This document shows positions 62,747 through 64,000 of a stretch of 64,000 nucleotides of DNA, in pieces. Origin of the DNA: Sulfitobacter sp. (GTDB taxonomy: Bacteria > Pseudomonadota > Alphaproteobacteria > Rhodobacterales > Rhodobacteraceae); NCBI RefSeq assembly GCF_039977885.1, contig NZ_JBDWCI010000001.1, forward strand, positions 10,435 through 74,434, in the 5' to 3' direction. A program made the position numbers and the translations under genes. The notes under the pieces are model-generated. The model did no database searches, had not been told where the DNA came from, and worked only from the letters and a program-made list of their open reading frames with translations. Numbering within the stretch: position 1 is the first letter of the stretch; each line of letters opens with the position of its first letter.

Positions 62747-63979
62747 ATGGCAAACGATCTTTTCAACAGCTTCATGACCGGCCCCGATGAAAATGGCCGC
62801 TTTGGTGATTTTGGGGGCCGTTTTGTCTCCGAGACATTGATGCCGCTCATTCTTGAACTGCAAGACGAGTATGAAAAAGCAAAGACCGACGCGACCTTCT
62901 GGGCCGAAATGGACGACCTGTGGGAGCATTACGTAGGCCGCCCCAGCCCGCTGTATCATGCGGAACGCCTGACCGAGGAACTGGGCGGCGCAAAAATCTA
63001 CATGAAGCGGGACGAGCTGAACCACACAGGCGCGCATAAGATCAACAACGTGCTGGGCCAGATCATCCTTGCCCGCCGCATGGGCAAAAAGCGCATCATC
63101 GCCGAAACCGGCGCGGGCCAGCACGGCGTGGCGACTGCAACTGTCTGTGCGAAATTCGGCCTGAAATGCGTGGTCTACATGGGTGCCCATGATGTTGAGC
63201 GTCAGGCACCAAACGTCTTCCGCATGCGCCTGCTTGGTGCTGAAATCGTTCCCGTTACCTCTGGCCGTGGCACGCTCAAGGACGCGATGAACGACGCGCT
63301 GCGCGATTGGGTGACAAACGTGCGCGACACATTCTATTGCATCGGCACAGTGGCCGGCCCGCACCCGTACCCCGCCATGGTTCGCGATTTTCAAAGCATC
63401 ATCGGCAAAGAAGTCCGCACGCAAATGGAAAAGGCCGAGGGCCGTCTGCCTGACACGCTCATCGCTGCAATCGGTGGCGGCTCCAACGCGATGGGCCTGT
63501 TCTATCCCTTCCTAGACGATAAATCCGTCAATATCATAGGTGTCGAGGCGGGTGGTAAAGGCGTGAACGCCAAAATGGAACATTGCGCCTCGCTCACGGG
63601 CGGGCGTCCGGGCGTGTTGCACGGCAACCGCACATATCTGCTGCAAGATGATGACGGGCAAATCCTTGAAGGGTTTTCGATTTCCGCGGGCCTGGATTAT
63701 CCGGGCATCGGGCCCGAGCACGCATGGTTGCATGAAATTGGGCGTGCGCAATATGTCTCGATCACGGATAAGGAGGCGCTGGCCGCGTTCCAGAAATGTT
63801 GTGAACTGGAAGGGATCATTCCTGCGCTTGAGCCGAGCCATGCGTTGGCCCATGTGATGAAAATTGCGCCGACCTTGCCCAAGGATCATCTGCTTGTGAT
63901 GAACATGTGTGGGCGCGGCGACAAGGATATCTTTACCGTCGCACGCGCGCTTGGGTTTGAAATGGGCGAATTTGCCTAA
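62747..63979 (+). CDS. trpB: Tryptophan synthase beta subunit
   Basis: [11 protein letters not shown] (PLP Lys), [15 protein letters not shown] and GLDYPG motifs. Confidence 0.97.
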   Translation: MANDLFNSFMTGPDENGRFGDFGGRFVSETLMPLILELQDEYEKAKTDATFWAEMDDLWEHYVGRPSPLYHAERLTEELGGAKIYMKRDELNHTGAHKINNVLGQIILARRMGKKRIIAETGAGQHGVATATVCAKFGLKCVVYMGAHDVERQAPNVFRMRLLGAEIVPVTSGRGTLKDAMNDALRDWVTNVRDTFYCIGTVAGPHPYPAMVRDFQSIIGKEVRTQMEKAEGRLPDTLIAAIGGGSNAMGLFYPFLDDKSVNIIGVEAGGKGVNAKMEHCASLTGGRPGVLHGNRTYLLQDDDGQILEGFSISAGLDYPGIGPEHAWLHEIGRAQYVSITDKEALAAFQKCCELEGIIPALEPSHALAHVMKIAPTLPKDHLLVMNMCGRGDKDIFTVARALGFEMGEFA

Positions 63980-64000
63980 GGATTGTTGGCAAAGGCTGGC

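Overview
A GC-rich, gene-dense stretch of core chromosome from an alphaproteobacterium, most likely Roseobacter-group Rhodobacteraceae (inferred from gene order and protein signatures). It carries about 70 CDS: truncated maeB; nucleoside salvage cdd-deoA-deoB-upp; a beta-oxidation cluster with two MerR regulators; pyrD; a 5'-nucleotidase; SRAP; LysR/gcdH; a five-gene hydrolase operon; slyD, irr and an interrupted fabA/fabB-fabI locus; kdsA; miaB; phoH-ybeY-corC-lnt-metK with a SAM-SAH riboswitch; trmB-aroA-cmk; and rpsA-ihfB-lapA-trpF-trpB. I saw no tRNA, rRNA, CRISPR array, transposase or integrase. Leading candidates for new biology: (1) a 32-residue [WY]VDxxGC-x24-C module shared by three envelope proteins (an OmpA-domain protein, the adjacent lipoprotein, and the SPOR protein); (2) a nested palindrome holding five GANTC sites upstream of the SPOR gene; (3) a ~130-nt hairpin that covers a sulfotransferase RBS; (4) a receiver protein fused to a His-less HisKA-like helix pair; (5) an E. 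coli-type kdsA. All assignments come from motif recognition by eye; no searches or folding programs were run.
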